This document shows positions 1-11,095 of a DNA stretch of 64,000 nucleotides, one piece after another (within the stretch, counting starts at the first letter, position 1; each line of letters begins with the position of its first letter). Position numbers and translations under genes: made by a program. This stretch comes from Negativicutes bacterium (GTDB lineage Bacteria > Bacillota > Negativicutes > UBA1444): positions 64,001 through 128,000 of the forward strand of contig CAXXIN010000009.1 of assembly GCA_963665275.2 (NCBI GenBank), written 5' to 3'. Below the pieces are notes generated by a model. The model ran no database searches. It was not told the origin of the DNA and worked only from the letters and a program-made list of their open reading frames with translations.

Positions 1-840
1 GTCAGGATTTTCACTCCAGCGAACAACATCGATTTTTTCGCCCCGCAATTCATTGACAATCATCTGGACCCGCAGGCCTTTGTGACCTACGCAAGCTCCA
101 ACCGGATCAACATTCTCATCGGCTGAATGAACCGCAATTTTAGAACGCAAGCCTGGTTCACGGGCTACCGATTTAATTTCTACAATCCCATCATGAATTT
201 CCGGGACCTCGAGTTCAAACAGCCGCCGCAAGAGGCCGGGATGGGTTCGTGAGAGCATAATCTGGGGGCCCTTCGGCAGTTTTTTCACTTCAACGATATA
301 GGTTTTAATCCGATCTCCATATCGATAGGGTTCGCCATTGATTTGCTCTGTGGGCAACAAAACAGCCTCTGCTTTGCCAAGGTCGACGAAAACCTGTCGC
401 TGTTCAATCCGCTGAACAACACCTGTCACGATATCGTTTTCACGGTTGGAGTATTCGTCATATACCAAGCTTCTTTCCGCTTCACGAATACGCTGCACGA
501 CCACTTGTTTGGCAGTTTGCGCCGCAATTCGGCCGAAATCTTTCGGAGTGACTTCCTGTTCGACGATATCACCGACCTGATACGTTACATCGACAGCCTT
601 GGCATCCGCCAATGATATCTCCTGCTTGGAATCCGTGACATCCTCGACTACGTCTTTTCTGGAATAGACATGAATCGACCCCGTTTCACGGTCCATAGCC
701 ACGCGGACATTCTGAACCGTGCCGAAATTACGTTTGTAAGCCGAAATAAGCGCTGCTTCTACAGCTTCAAACAGGACTTCGGTTGCAATCCCCCGCTCCC
801 GTGCCAATTGTTCAAATGCTGCTAAAAGTTCTGTACTCAC
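1..840 (-). CDS. nusA: Transcription termination/antitermination factor NusA (5' part; runs off window)
   Basis: Translated by hand from GTG at 840 (GGAGG RBS): MSTELLAAFEQLARERGI...FGRIAAQTAKQVVVQRIREAER...LSRTHPGLLRRLFELEVPEI...AREPGLRSKIAV...DPVGACVG; frame open to base 1; follows rimP. Confidence 0.97.
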   Translation of the reverse strand, partial: MSTELLAAFEQLARERGIATEVLFEAVEAALISAYKRNFGTVQNVRVAMDRETGSIHVYSRKDVVEDVTDSKQEISLADAKAVDVTYQVGDIVEQEVTPKDFGRIAAQTAKQVVVQRIREAERSLVYDEYSNRENDIVTGVVQRIEQRQVFVDLGKAEAVLLPTEQINGEPYRYGDRIKTYIVEVKKLPKGPQIMLSRTHPGLLRRLFELEVPEIHDGIVEIKSVAREPGLRSKIAVHSADENVDPVGACVGHKGLRVQMIVNELRGEKIDVVRWSENPD

Positions 841-857
841 CAAGACGCCTCCTAAGT

Positions 858-1331
858 CTATTTTTTTGTTTGTCCCATCGAAACATGCAATCTTACTTGT
901 GCAATTTCTTCCATAGGATAAAACTGATCCTGTTCATTAACATTTAAGCAGACCATTCCATCCTTGCGCCCCTTCAGGGTTGCCGTTAATTGTTTGACAC
1001 CGGCTTTAGGCTGGAAAAACTTCACATCTACCAAATGACCCGCATAACGCACGTAATCCTTGTCTCGCCGCAGAACACGATCCAGCCCAGGCGAAGAGAC
1101 TTCCAGATAATAAGCCTGTTTTAGGAAATCCAGTTCATCAAAAACAGGCTCCAATTTTCGGCTTAATTGCTCGCAGTCCTCAATCCCTATCCCGCCAAGC
1201 TTATCAATGAATATTCGCAGATACCATTCTCGTTCCTGCACATATTCAACATCCACAAGTTCAAGCTCGGATTCTTGCACCAAGGGCTCCACAATTTCAG
1301 CGATCTTATCTTCAATTTCTGCTCGTGTCAT
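858..1331 (-). CDS. rimP: Ribosome maturation factor RimP
   Basis: ELVDVEY...LRIFIDK.GGIGIEDC...YYLEVSSPGLDR motifs; start moved to ATG 1331 behind GGAGG. Confidence 0.96.
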   Translation of the reverse strand: MTRAEIEDKIAEIVEPLVQESELELVDVEYVQEREWYLRIFIDKLGGIGIEDCEQLSRKLEPVFDELDFLKQAYYLEVSSPGLDRVLRRDKDYVRYAGHLVDVKFFQPKAGVKQLTATLKGRKDGMVCLNVNEQDQFYPMEEIAQVRLHVSMGQTKK

Positions 1332-1355
1332 CGGACACTCCCTCCAAATTACGCG

Positions 1356-1382
1356 GAAAGAGTGGGCAGTACCCACTCTTTC
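1356..1382 (-). ncRNA. rimP/nusA leader hairpin
   Basis: Perfect 11-bp inverted repeat GAAAGAGTGGG / CCCACTCTTTC between the promoter and rimP RBS; resembles the known rimP leader. Confidence 0.75.
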
Positions 1383-1408
1383 ACCAGCTTCCACAATTCT
1401 TCAAATTG

Positions 1409-1437
1409 ATTATATCATCCCAAAAACGATTTTACAA
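1409..1437 (-). promoter_or_regulatory. SigA promoter of rimP-nusA operon
   Basis: TTGTAA-N17-TATAAT with extended -10 TG. Confidence 0.75.
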
Positions 1438-1561
1438 CAGCTTATGGTTTGGGATAGCCGGTTTGTCCCGAAAATTATTAACATGTAAGGTTATTCAGAT
1501 GACCCTGTTCTGGGTAGGTTCATTTTCTGACAAAGTTTATCTTCATCTAGTTGTGTTTATG

Positions 1562-4500
1562 CTACCCGAACAGCTGAAGTTGATCCGATTCGGGGAGCCC
1601 CGACAGACAGCCATGCTGAGCGAGTATTTCCAATACGCTTTTGGAAGCATGACCTCGGATGCGGATATCCTCCTGCGAAGAAAAAGGACGCTCCTTCCGA
1701 GCAGCCACAATGTTTTCCGCAACGGCGGCGCCCAGACCGGGTAATGCAGCAAGCGGCGGCAACAGCGACGATCCGCTGATGAGAAATTCATCCACGGCGG
1801 AGTGATACAAATCGACCGGCAAAAAGGTGAAGCCCCGCATCACCATTTCCCTTGCAGTTTCAATCACAGCAATCTTGGCTTTTTCCTTGGCTGTTGCGTC
1901 TTTTCCCTTCGAGTCCAATTCCTTGATAACCGTCATTAGGCCGGCTTCACCGAGTACGGCCGCCGCCGCGTCGAAGTCCTCCGCCCTGATTGTAAAGTAA
2001 GCTGCATAGAAAGCCAACGGTTGGTAGACCTTGAACCAGGCGATGCGAAACGCCATCATAACATAAGCTACGGCATGAGCTTTGGGAAACATGTATTTTA
2101 TTTTCTGGCAGGATTGGATGAACCAGTCCTGCACTCCCTGGTCCTTCATGGCCTGGACTTGCTGCGGCTTCACGCCTTTGCCTTTGCGGACGCTTTCCAT
2201 GATATCGAAAGAAGTTTTGGGTGCAACGCCCTTATGGATCAGGGTCAACATGATGTCGTCGCGGGCAGAAATTGCTTCCGATAAGGTGGCTTCCTTTTCC
2301 CGAATCAGATCCTGCGCATTATTGACCCAAACATCCGTCCCATGCGAGAATCCGCTAATCCGGACCAGTTCACTGAATCTGGCAGGTCGGGTTTCTTCGA
2401 GCATTTGGCGCACGAAGCGGGTGCCGAATTCAGGAATCCCGAGCGTCCCCACCGAACTTTTCAGCTGCGCAGCCGTCAAGCCCAAAGCTTCCGTAGAAAA
2501 AAACAGACTCATCGTCTTCTGATCGTCAAAAGGAACTTTTTTCGCATCCAGTCCGGTTAACCGCTCCAGCATCCGGATAACGGTCGGATCGTCATGGCCG
2601 AGAATATCCAGCTTTACCAGGCGGCTGCTGATCGAATGATAATCAAAATGGGTCGTGACTGTGCCGGAGGTTCGATCATCAGCCGGGTGCTGGATCGGAG
2701 TGAAATGATGCACATCCATATGTCGGGGCACTACCATGATGCCGCCCGGATGCTGTCCGGTAGTTTTCTTGACTCCGGCGCATCCACGTACCAGACGGTT
2801 GATGTTGGCATTGGTTCCCGGCAATTTTCGTTCATCCAGATAGTTCTTCACGTAACCAAAAGCGGTACGCTCAGCGATCGTACTGATCGTGCCGGCTCGA
2901 AACACGTTATCTCTGCCAAACAATTCTTCCGTATACTTGTGTGCGACAGACTGATAATCGCCGGAAAAATTCAGGTCGATATCAGGAACCTTATCTCCCT
3001 CAAAACCCATAAATACAGCAAAGGGAATATTATGTCCATCTTTCGCCAGTTCTACTCCGCACTGAGGACAGTTCCTGTCAGGCAGATCGAATCCACCGCC
3101 GTAGGTTCCGGCGTCAGCGAATTCATTGTATTTACAATCCGGGCAACGCCAATGCGGCGGCAACGGATTCACTTCGGTAATTCCAGTCATGGTTGCCACG
3201 AAGGAGGACCCGACTGATCCCCGAGAGCCTACAAGGTAACCATCGTCTGTAGATTTCTTCACCAGTTTGTGCGCGATCAGGTACAAGACACCAAAGCCGT
3301 TGTTGATGATGGAGTCCAGTTCCAGTTTTAAACGATCCGCCACTATTTCCGGCAGCGGCTCGCCGTACAGTTCTCTGGCCCGCTCAAACGACATATTGCG
3401 GATATCCGCATCCGCTCCCGGGATATCCGGCGAATACAGCCCATCCGGGATCGGTTGCAGCTTTTCAATTGAATCGGCGATCTGTTGGGGAGCATTGACC
3501 ACCACTTCTTCGGCCAGTTCTTGGCCCAGATAGGAAAACTCAGCCAACATTTCCTCCGTGGTTCTGAAATATAATGGCGCCTGCAGGTCCGCATCATCGT
3601 ATTTTTGTCCACTCATAAGAATTCTACGGTAAATTTCGTCCTCAGGACGCAGGAAATGAACATCACAGGTCGCAGCTACCGGCTTCCCAAGATTTTTGCC
3701 GATTTCACATATTTTACGATTATAATTTTGCAGTTCTGCTTCGTCCGAAACCTGCCCTTTACGGATCAAAAACTGGTTATTGCCGCAGGGTTGGATCTCC
3801 AGGTAGTCATAAAACGAGGCGATTCTCCCCAATTCATCCATTGAAGCACCGTTCAGCATCGCCCGGTACAACTCGCCGGCCTCACAGGCCGAGCCCAGGA
3901 CCAGACCCTCACGAAACTCCATCAGCGCCGAACGCGGAATGCGGGGCGTCCGGTGAAAATATTTGATATGCGCCAGGGAAACCAGGCGGTACAGATTGCG
4001 AAGCCCCATGGTATTGCGGGCCAGAATGATGATGTGATTGCTTTGACTGATATCTTCGTCGAAAAGGTATCCTTCCATGCCGTAAATGACTTTGATCTTG
4101 CTTTTGTGCGCCAAGTCCTGCGCAGCTGGAAAAGCCTGAACGACTCCATGATCGGTGATGGCCACGGCCGAGTGTCCGTACCTTTCCGCCGTCCGAATAA
4201 GTTTTTCAACCGATACGACAGAATCCATCGTGCTCATCTGCGTATGGGCATGCAACTCCACTCGCTTACGCGGGCGGTCATCCGTCTTGAGCTCGGTAGT
4301 GGTCTTGGTTACATTGTCAGCCTGTACTACGAGTTCCCGAACGTACTTGTCGAACATCGCCGAGCCTTTGACTTTAACCGTAGTCCCATTTTTCAGTGCT
4401 TCTGTTTTTTGTCTGGCATCAGCAATATTTTCAAAATAGGCTTTGCAGCTAATGGCACTCGTTTCGTCTTCAATATTAAATGACATCAAACAACGTCCAC

Positions 4501-5224
4501 TTTTCAGTTCCTTCAGTTCGAAGTCATTGACTATTCCCTGTACTGCCACTCCGCGCTGTTCTTCAAAAATTTCGCGAATCTCCATTAACTTTCCTTTGAC
4601 GAGCGAACCAATAACGGCCTTCTCAGCACTGCCGCCTGCAGACCCTTCACTTGACGAAGCACTGCCAGTTTCCTGCGGCAAGGACTGCAGCTGGCAATCC
4701 AGTTCGTCATAGCAGACGGAATCCTCCTCTACCAGCACCCGTAGTTGAATGTTCACGCCAAATTTTTCATGGATATAAGCGGAAAATTTCACCTCAAAGT
4801 CTTCGCGTTCAAGCAAATCAAGTTCCAACGAGCGCCGGAGAGTTATAGAAAGAGTTGAGCCGCTCCATTGCCAGGACGAGGCAATCAGCGCCCTGCTCGC
4901 CAACGGCGTAGCATGGGGAAATTCGCAGACAAGCTGCTCTTTTTGATCACAGATCGAGGCCGCTTCAGGCAGGATCTGTTGCGCGATCTCCAGGGTTGCA
5001 AGGCATGTAGCTTCCCGCAAAAATCCGGTTACCTGATTAAGGTCGTCATCCCGCAACGCTTCCGGGACGACGAGAACCAGCCGGCACCTTCCTGTCCGGG
5101 TATCCATTGAAATAGTATCCACACGGCTACGTTTCAAAACTAACCCAGCAGCTGCCGATAACGGCAGCTGCTGGGTTAGTTTGCTCAAAATCAGTTTATC
5201 ATCAGGCGCAATACAATAGCTCAA
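1562..5224 (-). CDS. polC: DNA polymerase III alpha subunit PolC, lacking the inserted 3'-5' exonuclease domain
   Basis: OB fold, PHP (ELHAHTQMSTMD, AITDHG, TCDVH), GSRGSVGSS, Cys4 zinc finger, KVPDIDLNFSG, KLDILGHDDPT, YMFPKAHA, C-terminal QLQLF clamp motif; 1220 aa. Confidence 0.97.
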   Translation of the reverse strand: MSYCIAPDDKLILSKLTQQLPLSAAAGLVLKRSRVDTISMDTRTGRCRLVLVVPEALRDDDLNQVTGFLREATCLATLEIAQQILPEAASICDQKEQLVCEFPHATPLASRALIASSWQWSGSTLSITLRRSLELDLLEREDFEVKFSAYIHEKFGVNIQLRVLVEEDSVCYDELDCQLQSLPQETGSASSSEGSAGGSAEKAVIGSLVKGKLMEIREIFEEQRGVAVQGIVNDFELKELKSGRCLMSFNIEDETSAISCKAYFENIADARQKTEALKNGTTVKVKGSAMFDKYVRELVVQADNVTKTTTELKTDDRPRKRVELHAHTQMSTMDSVVSVEKLIRTAERYGHSAVAITDHGVVQAFPAAQDLAHKSKIKVIYGMEGYLFDEDISQSNHIIILARNTMGLRNLYRLVSLAHIKYFHRTPRIPRSALMEFREGLVLGSACEAGELYRAMLNGASMDELGRIASFYDYLEIQPCGNNQFLIRKGQVSDEAELQNYNRKICEIGKNLGKPVAATCDVHFLRPEDEIYRRILMSGQKYDDADLQAPLYFRTTEEMLAEFSYLGQELAEEVVVNAPQQIADSIEKLQPIPDGLYSPDIPGADADIRNMSFERARELYGEPLPEIVADRLKLELDSIINNGFGVLYLIAHKLVKKSTDDGYLVGSRGSVGSSFVATMTGITEVNPLPPHWRCPDCKYNEFADAGTYGGGFDLPDRNCPQCGVELAKDGHNIPFAVFMGFEGDKVPDIDLNFSGDYQSVAHKYTEELFGRDNVFRAGTISTIAERTAFGYVKNYLDERKLPGTNANINRLVRGCAGVKKTTGQHPGGIMVVPRHMDVHHFTPIQHPADDRTSGTVTTHFDYHSISSRLVKLDILGHDDPTVIRMLERLTGLDAKKVPFDDQKTMSLFFSTEALGLTAAQLKSSVGTLGIPEFGTRFVRQMLEETRPARFSELVRISGFSHGTDVWVNNAQDLIREKEATLSEAISARDDIMLTLIHKGVAPKTSFDIMESVRKGKGVKPQQVQAMKDQGVQDWFIQSCQKIKYMFPKAHAVAYVMMAFRIAWFKVYQPLAFYAAYFTIRAEDFDAAAAVLGEAGLMTVIKELDSKGKDATAKEKAKIAVIETAREMVMRGFTFLPVDLYHSAVDEFLISGSSLLPPLAALPGLGAAVAENIVAARKERPFSSQEDIRIRGHASKSVLEILAQHGCLSGLPESDQLQLFG

Positions 5225-5267
5225 AATTCAAATTCTCCAAAACCCGAAGACACCGCAAATGCCAAAA

Positions 5268-6971
5268 TCACAAAGTTTCAAGCAATTTGCAAATGCTTTC
5301 GATATGCTTTCCCAAGGGATAGAGGCAGGTTTCTTTCGTTCGGCGCACTTTGACTTCAACTGCATTTTCCTTCAAAGCCTTGGGGCCAACAGTAATCCTT
5401 AGCGGGTAACCGATCAGGTCAGCATCCTTGAACTTGACACCGGATCGCTCGTCCCGATCATCGAACACCACTTCAATGCCGGCTGCCATCAACTCTTCAT
5501 ACAACTGGTTACAAAGCGACATCTGCGCTTCATCCTTGGTGTTTATGGGTACGATCACGACCGCATAGGGTGCGATCGAAGCGGGCCAAATGATTCCATC
5601 GTCATCGTGATGCTGTTCGATCGCTGCCGCCATTGTCCGGCTGACGCCTACACCATAGCACCCCATCACCATCAGATTTTCCTGGCCATTTTCATCCAAA
5701 TAAGAGGCATCCAGTGCTTGAGAATATTTGGTATGAAGCTTGAACACCTGGCCCACTTCGATTCCCCTGGCTGTCTTCACAGGCGCACCGCATCGGGGGC
5801 AAGGATCGGATTCTTTGATCAGCCGCAGGTCGGCAACTTTATCCACCTTGAAATCCCGGGACGGCGAAACATTGACATGGTGTTGGTCAACAGAATTGGC
5901 GCCGCATGCAGCATTCACCAGGTTCATGACACTGGCGTCAGCAACCACCAAAACATCCGACAAACCCACGGGACCGAGATAACCCGGCATACTGCGGAAC
6001 GAATCTCGAATATCAGTTTCATTGGCAAGGTCCAGCTGAAGTACGTTAAGAAGATTGGACAGTTTGATCTCATTGACTTCGTGATCACCCCGCACCAACG
6101 CCAACACCGGACCTTTTTCCGTCATATAGGCGAGTGACTTGATCAGACGGTCCGAAGCCATGGATAAGAATTGAGCCACTTCCAGAATTGTCCGCTGTCC
6201 CGGCGTCGACCGAGTTTCCATGGGCAATGCAGCTTCACCGGATGATGGAAGCGGCAAGAGTTCTGCTTTTTCCACATTCGCTGCATAATCACAACTCTCA
6301 CAGTAGGCAATAGCCGCTTCGCCAGAATCAGCCAACACCATGAACTCATGGGTTCCGCTGCCACCAATAGCACCCGGATCCGCCTCAACCGGACGGAAAG
6401 TCAGCCCACAACGAGTAAAAATCCGCGTGTAGGCATCATACATTTTTTTATAACTGATATCCAGTCCGGCTGCATCACGGTCAAAGGAATAAAGATCTTT
6501 CATGATAAATTCGCGTCCACGCATCAGGCCAAAACGCGGACGAATCTCGTCACGATATTTATTTTGAATTTGGTACACTAGCAAGGGCAATTGCCGATAG
6601 GAGCGAACATCCGATTTCACTAATGTCGTCACCATTTCTTCATGTGTCGGCCCGAGGCAAAAATCACGCTGGTGACGGTCCTTCAAACGGAACATCTCAT
6701 CGCCGTAAACATCCCAGCGGCCGGTCTGCTGCCATATTTCAGCCGGTTGAACAATCGGCATGGCGATTTCTTGTCCGCCCTTGGCATCCATTTCTTCCCG
6801 CACGATCTGTTCGATCTTGCGCAAAGTCCGCCACGCCAGAGGCAAATACGAATAAACGCCGCCTGTAGCCTTACGGATCATGCCTGCCCGCAGCATCAAC
6901 TGATGACTTACCACCTCAGCTTCAGCAGGAACCTCCCGCAATGTCGGCGCGTATAAATGTGACATTTTCAT
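5268..6971 (-). CDS. proS: Prolyl-tRNA synthetase (bacterial type with editing domain)
   Basis: [44 protein letters not shown]. Confidence 0.97.
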   Translation of the reverse strand: MKMSHLYAPTLREVPAEAEVVSHQLMLRAGMIRKATGGVYSYLPLAWRTLRKIEQIVREEMDAKGGQEIAMPIVQPAEIWQQTGRWDVYGDEMFRLKDRHQRDFCLGPTHEEMVTTLVKSDVRSYRQLPLLVYQIQNKYRDEIRPRFGLMRGREFIMKDLYSFDRDAAGLDISYKKMYDAYTRIFTRCGLTFRPVEADPGAIGGSGTHEFMVLADSGEAAIAYCESCDYAANVEKAELLPLPSSGEAALPMETRSTPGQRTILEVAQFLSMASDRLIKSLAYMTEKGPVLALVRGDHEVNEIKLSNLLNVLQLDLANETDIRDSFRSMPGYLGPVGLSDVLVVADASVMNLVNAACGANSVDQHHVNVSPSRDFKVDKVADLRLIKESDPCPRCGAPVKTARGIEVGQVFKLHTKYSQALDASYLDENGQENLMVMGCYGVGVSRTMAAAIEQHHDDDGIIWPASIAPYAVVIVPINTKDEAQMSLCNQLYEELMAAGIEVVFDDRDERSGVKFKDADLIGYPLRITVGPKALKENAVEVKVRRTKETCLYPLGKHIESICKLLETL

Positions 6972-8054
6972 TCCAATACATCCCCCTTGTCAAGTCGGTC
7001 CATTTCTGCGAAGAGCGCTTCCGCCAGCTGATCTTCCGGCACTTTGGCAATAATCTGTCCTTTTCGAAACAAAATTCCTTCCCCTTTGCCCCCGGCTATG
7101 CCGATATCGGCTTCCCGAGCCTCTCCTGGTCCATTAACAACACAGCCCATCACCGCAACCGTCATTGGACGGGACAGAGAACCCAGACGTTCCTCCACTT
7201 TCGTAGCCAGCGAAATTAGATCAATGTTGCAGCGTCCGCAGGTCGGGCACGATACCAATGTTGGCGTAAAACGCCGCAATCCGAGCGATTGAAGAATATC
7301 CCGCGCGACCCGGACTTCTTCGACCGGATCCGCCGTGAGAGAAACCCTGATCGTATCGCCAATGCCTTCTGCAAGCAGCGCGCCAATCCCAACCGATGAC
7401 TTGATGATGCCGACTCTTGGCGTACCAGCCTCAGTGACCCCCAAATGCAGGGGATAGCTGACCCGCTCAGACATCAGACGATAGGACTGAATTGTCAGGG
7501 GGAACATCATTAGCTTTCAATGAAATCTTTATGTCATAAAAATCTAACTGTTCGAGAATGGCCACATGCCGCAGCGCACTCTCGACCAACCCCTCGGCCG
7601 TTGCGTGGCCGCCATGTCTGGCAAGTATCTCATTATCCAGTGACCCGGCATTCACGCCGATACGAATGGGAATCGCTTTTTCTTTGGCGGCTCGGACAAC
7701 TGCCCGGACTTGTTCTTGATCGGTGATGTTGCCTGGATTGAGACGCAGGGCGTCTATTCCCCTAGTGATAGTTTCCAAAGCCAAGCGATAGTCAAAATGA
7801 ATATCCGCAACGACTGGAATTCCCACCGATTCTTTAATGGTTGAAACAGCCTGAGCTGCAGCCATATCGGGGATTGCAACACGGACAATTTCACAGCCCA
7901 CTGCTTCCAGCTGCCGAATCTGGTTAATGGTGGCAACATAGTCGGAAGTCTTGGTGGTCGTCATGGACTGCACAGAAACCGGATTATCGCCGCCTACGGC
8001 AATTTTTCCGACGTGCAGAACCCGTTTCAGTTTGCGTTCAGAAGAAAAATCCAT
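6968..8054 (-). CDS. ispG: HMBPP synthase IspG (one frameshift near 7500, probable sequencing error)
   Basis: [20 protein letters not shown] in one frame; [27 protein letters not shown] in another; extra C in a homopolymer at KANDVP|LTIQ. Confidence 0.93.
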
Positions 8055-8069
8055 CAATTCAACACCCCG

Positions 8070-9102
8070 TCAAAATACATTCAATCGAAGCAAATCCTTG
8101 AACGTCGCATACAACATCAACAAGCCCAACAAAGCCATCCCCACCATCTGGATATAACGAACCTGGCCCGAAGTCAACGGCTTGCGTCGGACCGCTTCAA
8201 CCAGCAGCGTTGCGATATGTCCACCATCGAGCAACGGTACCGGCAGCAGATTGATCAGCCCCAAATTGATACTGAGAAAGGCCGCAAACTGAAGCAGCGG
8301 TATGAACCCAAGCTGAGCCATCTCACCGGTCATTCTCATAACGCCAATGGGGCCGGCGATATCGGCTTCCGCCTTGCCCGTGAACATCTGCCCTATGCCC
8401 GAAAGCATTTTCCCGGCTATGATATAGGTATGCTTGACAGAAAGTGAAACGGATTCAAAAAAGCCGGAATCTGGCGGTCAATGACCGGAACGATACCGAT
8501 CAATGCCCTACCTGATTTGGGTTCTGTTTCCGGAATCATGGTCACAGTGCGCGTCTTGCCATCTTTCGTGCGCATTTCGAGCGTCAGGGAGTCTTTTGAC
8601 ACACGAATGGTGTCCACCACTTGCATCCATGTTCCCACTGGCGCCCCATTGACCTTTAGTACCGTATCTCCGACGGAAATGCCGGACTGAATGGCCGGTT
8701 TCCCAGGAATCAAGGCTCCGATCACCGGTTTGTCGGAAACGGTTTCGATGCCGTTGGCAAGAAACACAATGGTAAACAGCACAACAGGCAACACAAAATT
8801 CATCAGCGAACCAGCTGCAATAACAAGGGCCCTCGCCCATACCGGCTTGCTCGAAAAAGAGCGTTCGTCCTGTTCTTCGTCTGGATCCATACCATCAATT
8901 TTATTTAAACCCACCGAGGGGAATCATGCGCACGGAGTATTCCGTTTCACCGCGCTTTTTCCATAGCAGCTTAGGTCCAAAACCGATCGCGAACTCGCTC
9001 ACTCGCATCCCTGTGAGCTTGGCGGTGACAAAGTGTCCCAGTTCATGCCACCAGGACAAGCATTCCAAAAACAAAAATCGTGGCTAGTATCGTGATGATC
9101 AT
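8070..9102 (-). CDS. rseP: RIP metalloprotease RseP/RasP (several frameshifts)
   Basis: ATG 9102 [13 protein letters not shown]...HELGH, FAIGFGP, PDZ domain, [11 protein letters not shown] spread across frames. Confidence 0.9.
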
Positions 9103-9105
9103 TAC

Positions 9106-10272
9106 TTAACCGCCTTGTTGACAAATTTGTCCGCTGTACGCCGTGCCCATGCATCGGCCATCAAGTAGTCTTCCAGGACTGGATTCTCGCTCCCGGTATG
9201 CATTGCCAACACGTCTTCCACTTACACGGATCATGTCCGTGAAGTGAATTTTCCCATCGATAAAAGCCTGGACCCCTACCTCATTGGCTGCGTTCATCAC
9301 GCAGGGAAACGTGCTGCCCTGCCGTCCGGCCTCGTACGCCCAACGGCAACGCGCGAAAAGTTTCCAGGTCAGGTGGCTCAAAATTAAGAGCCATGGACTG
9401 CGTAAAATCCATGCGGGTAAACGCATTATCCAAACGGGCCCCCCTGATTCAGGGCATACTGGATGGGCAGTTTCATATCCGGCACTCCAAGTTGGGCTTT
9501 GACTGAACCGTCAACAAACTCAACCATGGAATGGACGATACTCTGGGGATGGACCACCCACGTCAATCCGATCATAGTCGATGTCGAACAGCCAGCGCGC
9601 CCTCAATTACTTCCAATCCCTTATTCATCAAGGTAGCAGAGTCAATCGTTATTTTGCGTCCCATGGTCCAATTGGGATGCTTCAGACACTCCTGTAAGGT
9701 AACCGTCTGCAATTCCTGAAGCTTTTTCCCGCGGAATGGTCCCGCCGGAAGCGGTCAGCAACAAACGCCCGCACTCCAGGTGCAGCTTCGCCAGACAGGC
9801 ATTGAGCAATTGCACAGTGTTCGCTGTCCACAGGGACCACTGTAACCTTTTTTTCCGCAGCAAGCCGCATCACCAGTTCTCCGGCGGCAACCAACGTTTC
9901 CTTGTTGGCTATCGCCAGTGTTTTTGCCTGCCTTGATGCAGGCGATGGAAGGCGCCAGACCGGCAAATCCGACCAACGAATTGAGGACTACATTTGCCTC
10001 TGGATAAGCCCGCCGCCTCCAAAAGGGCCGCAGACCCTATTCGGAAATCCAGTCCGGCCGGGATTCCTTCTGACCACAAATTGCTTCCCGGACGCATCAT
10101 CAACCAACACGGCCAAATCAGGGTGAAACTGCTGTATCTGTTGCCGCAGCAACCGATGATTGGAATGAGCCGCAACGGCACACAACCGAAACAGTCCAGG
10201 GTTGGCAGCGATGACATCAAGCGTTTGTGTCCCAATCGAACCGGTACTGCCAAGAATCGCGACGTTGATCAT
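9106..10272 (-). CDS. dxr: 1-deoxy-D-xylulose 5-phosphate reductoisomerase (several frameshifts)
   Basis: [42 protein letters not shown] motifs in successive frames. Confidence 0.92.
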
Positions 10273-10292
10273 GCAATAGCCCCTTCCCCTAA

Positions 10293-11084
10293 TTAACGAA
10301 CTGCTACAAAAAGCAAATAATAATAAACGGCTGGAACCGAAAATAAGAGACTGTCCACTCTGTCCAAAACACCCCCGTGCCCTGGAAAAAACCGACCCGA
10401 ATCTTTTACGCCCATGTGCCGTTTGAATGCCGACTCCACTAAATCACCGAGTTGACAGGAGATTCCGACCACGCTGCCGCACAAAACGCTATCAGTCCAC
10501 CCGAGCTGCATATAATGTCCAGCGACCAACGCCGCAACAATACAACCCAAAAAGCCAAAGGCCGCGCCTTCCACACTCTTGGCCGGGCTGATGCTCGGAC
10601 ATAACTTGTGGCGACCCCAACGGGTTCCGCCGAAATAGGCTACAGTATCGCAAGCCCAGGTTCCCAACATGGCCACCGCAAAATATTTCATGCCCAAGCT
10701 GCCGGGAAAAAGCCGCAAAGCGATAAAATGCGCGAAGGGAACACCAATATAAAATATGCCCAGTATACTATATGAAGCATCTGACAAGGCAAACCGATCA
10801 TTCTGCAATACCGTCATTGAAAGGATGAAAAAAAGTGCGGCAAAAGAGAGAGGCGCCAACTGTGCCAAGCCATACTGCCAGGAAATGCCGACGAGGGCAG
10901 CTACACAAGTTCCCCCAATCAAAGCTGCTGGCCGCAGCGACTTCGTTTTCATCATTTGCACATATTCATACCAAGCCGCAAGAGCCAAAAACATCATTCC
11001 AAGCGCGAAAACGAAGCCCCCCTGCCAAAATAAATATAAGGCAACAGGTGTAGCAACTAACGCAGTCAAGATTCTAGTTCCCAG
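10293..11084 (-). CDS. cdsA: Phosphatidate cytidylyltransferase
   Basis: ISPAKSVEG, GDLVESAFKR..GVKDSG..FPGHGGVLDRVDS; start proposed at CTG 11084. Confidence 0.94.
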   Translation of the reverse strand: MGTRILTALVATPVALYLFWQGGFVFALGMMFLALAAWYEYVQMMKTKSLRPAALIGGTCVAALVGISWQYGLAQLAPLSFAALFFILSMTVLQNDRFALSDASYSILGIFYIGVPFAHFIALRLFPGSLGMKYFAVAMLGTWACDTVAYFGGTRWGRHKLCPSISPAKSVEGAAFGFLGCIVAALVAGHYMQLGWTDSVLCGSVVGISCQLGDLVESAFKRHMGVKDSGRFFPGHGGVLDRVDSLLFSVPAVYYYLLFVAVR

Positions 11085-11095
11085 TACAATTCCTC

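Noticed and set aside
1441-1560. Possible riboswitch or CodY boxes between polC and the rimP promoter
   Set aside because: No c-di-GMP or other riboswitch consensus; CodY-like matches have at least four mismatches in AT-rich sequence.
6968-7000. T-box leader for proS
   Set aside because: The proS start overlaps the ispG stop, leaving no leader.
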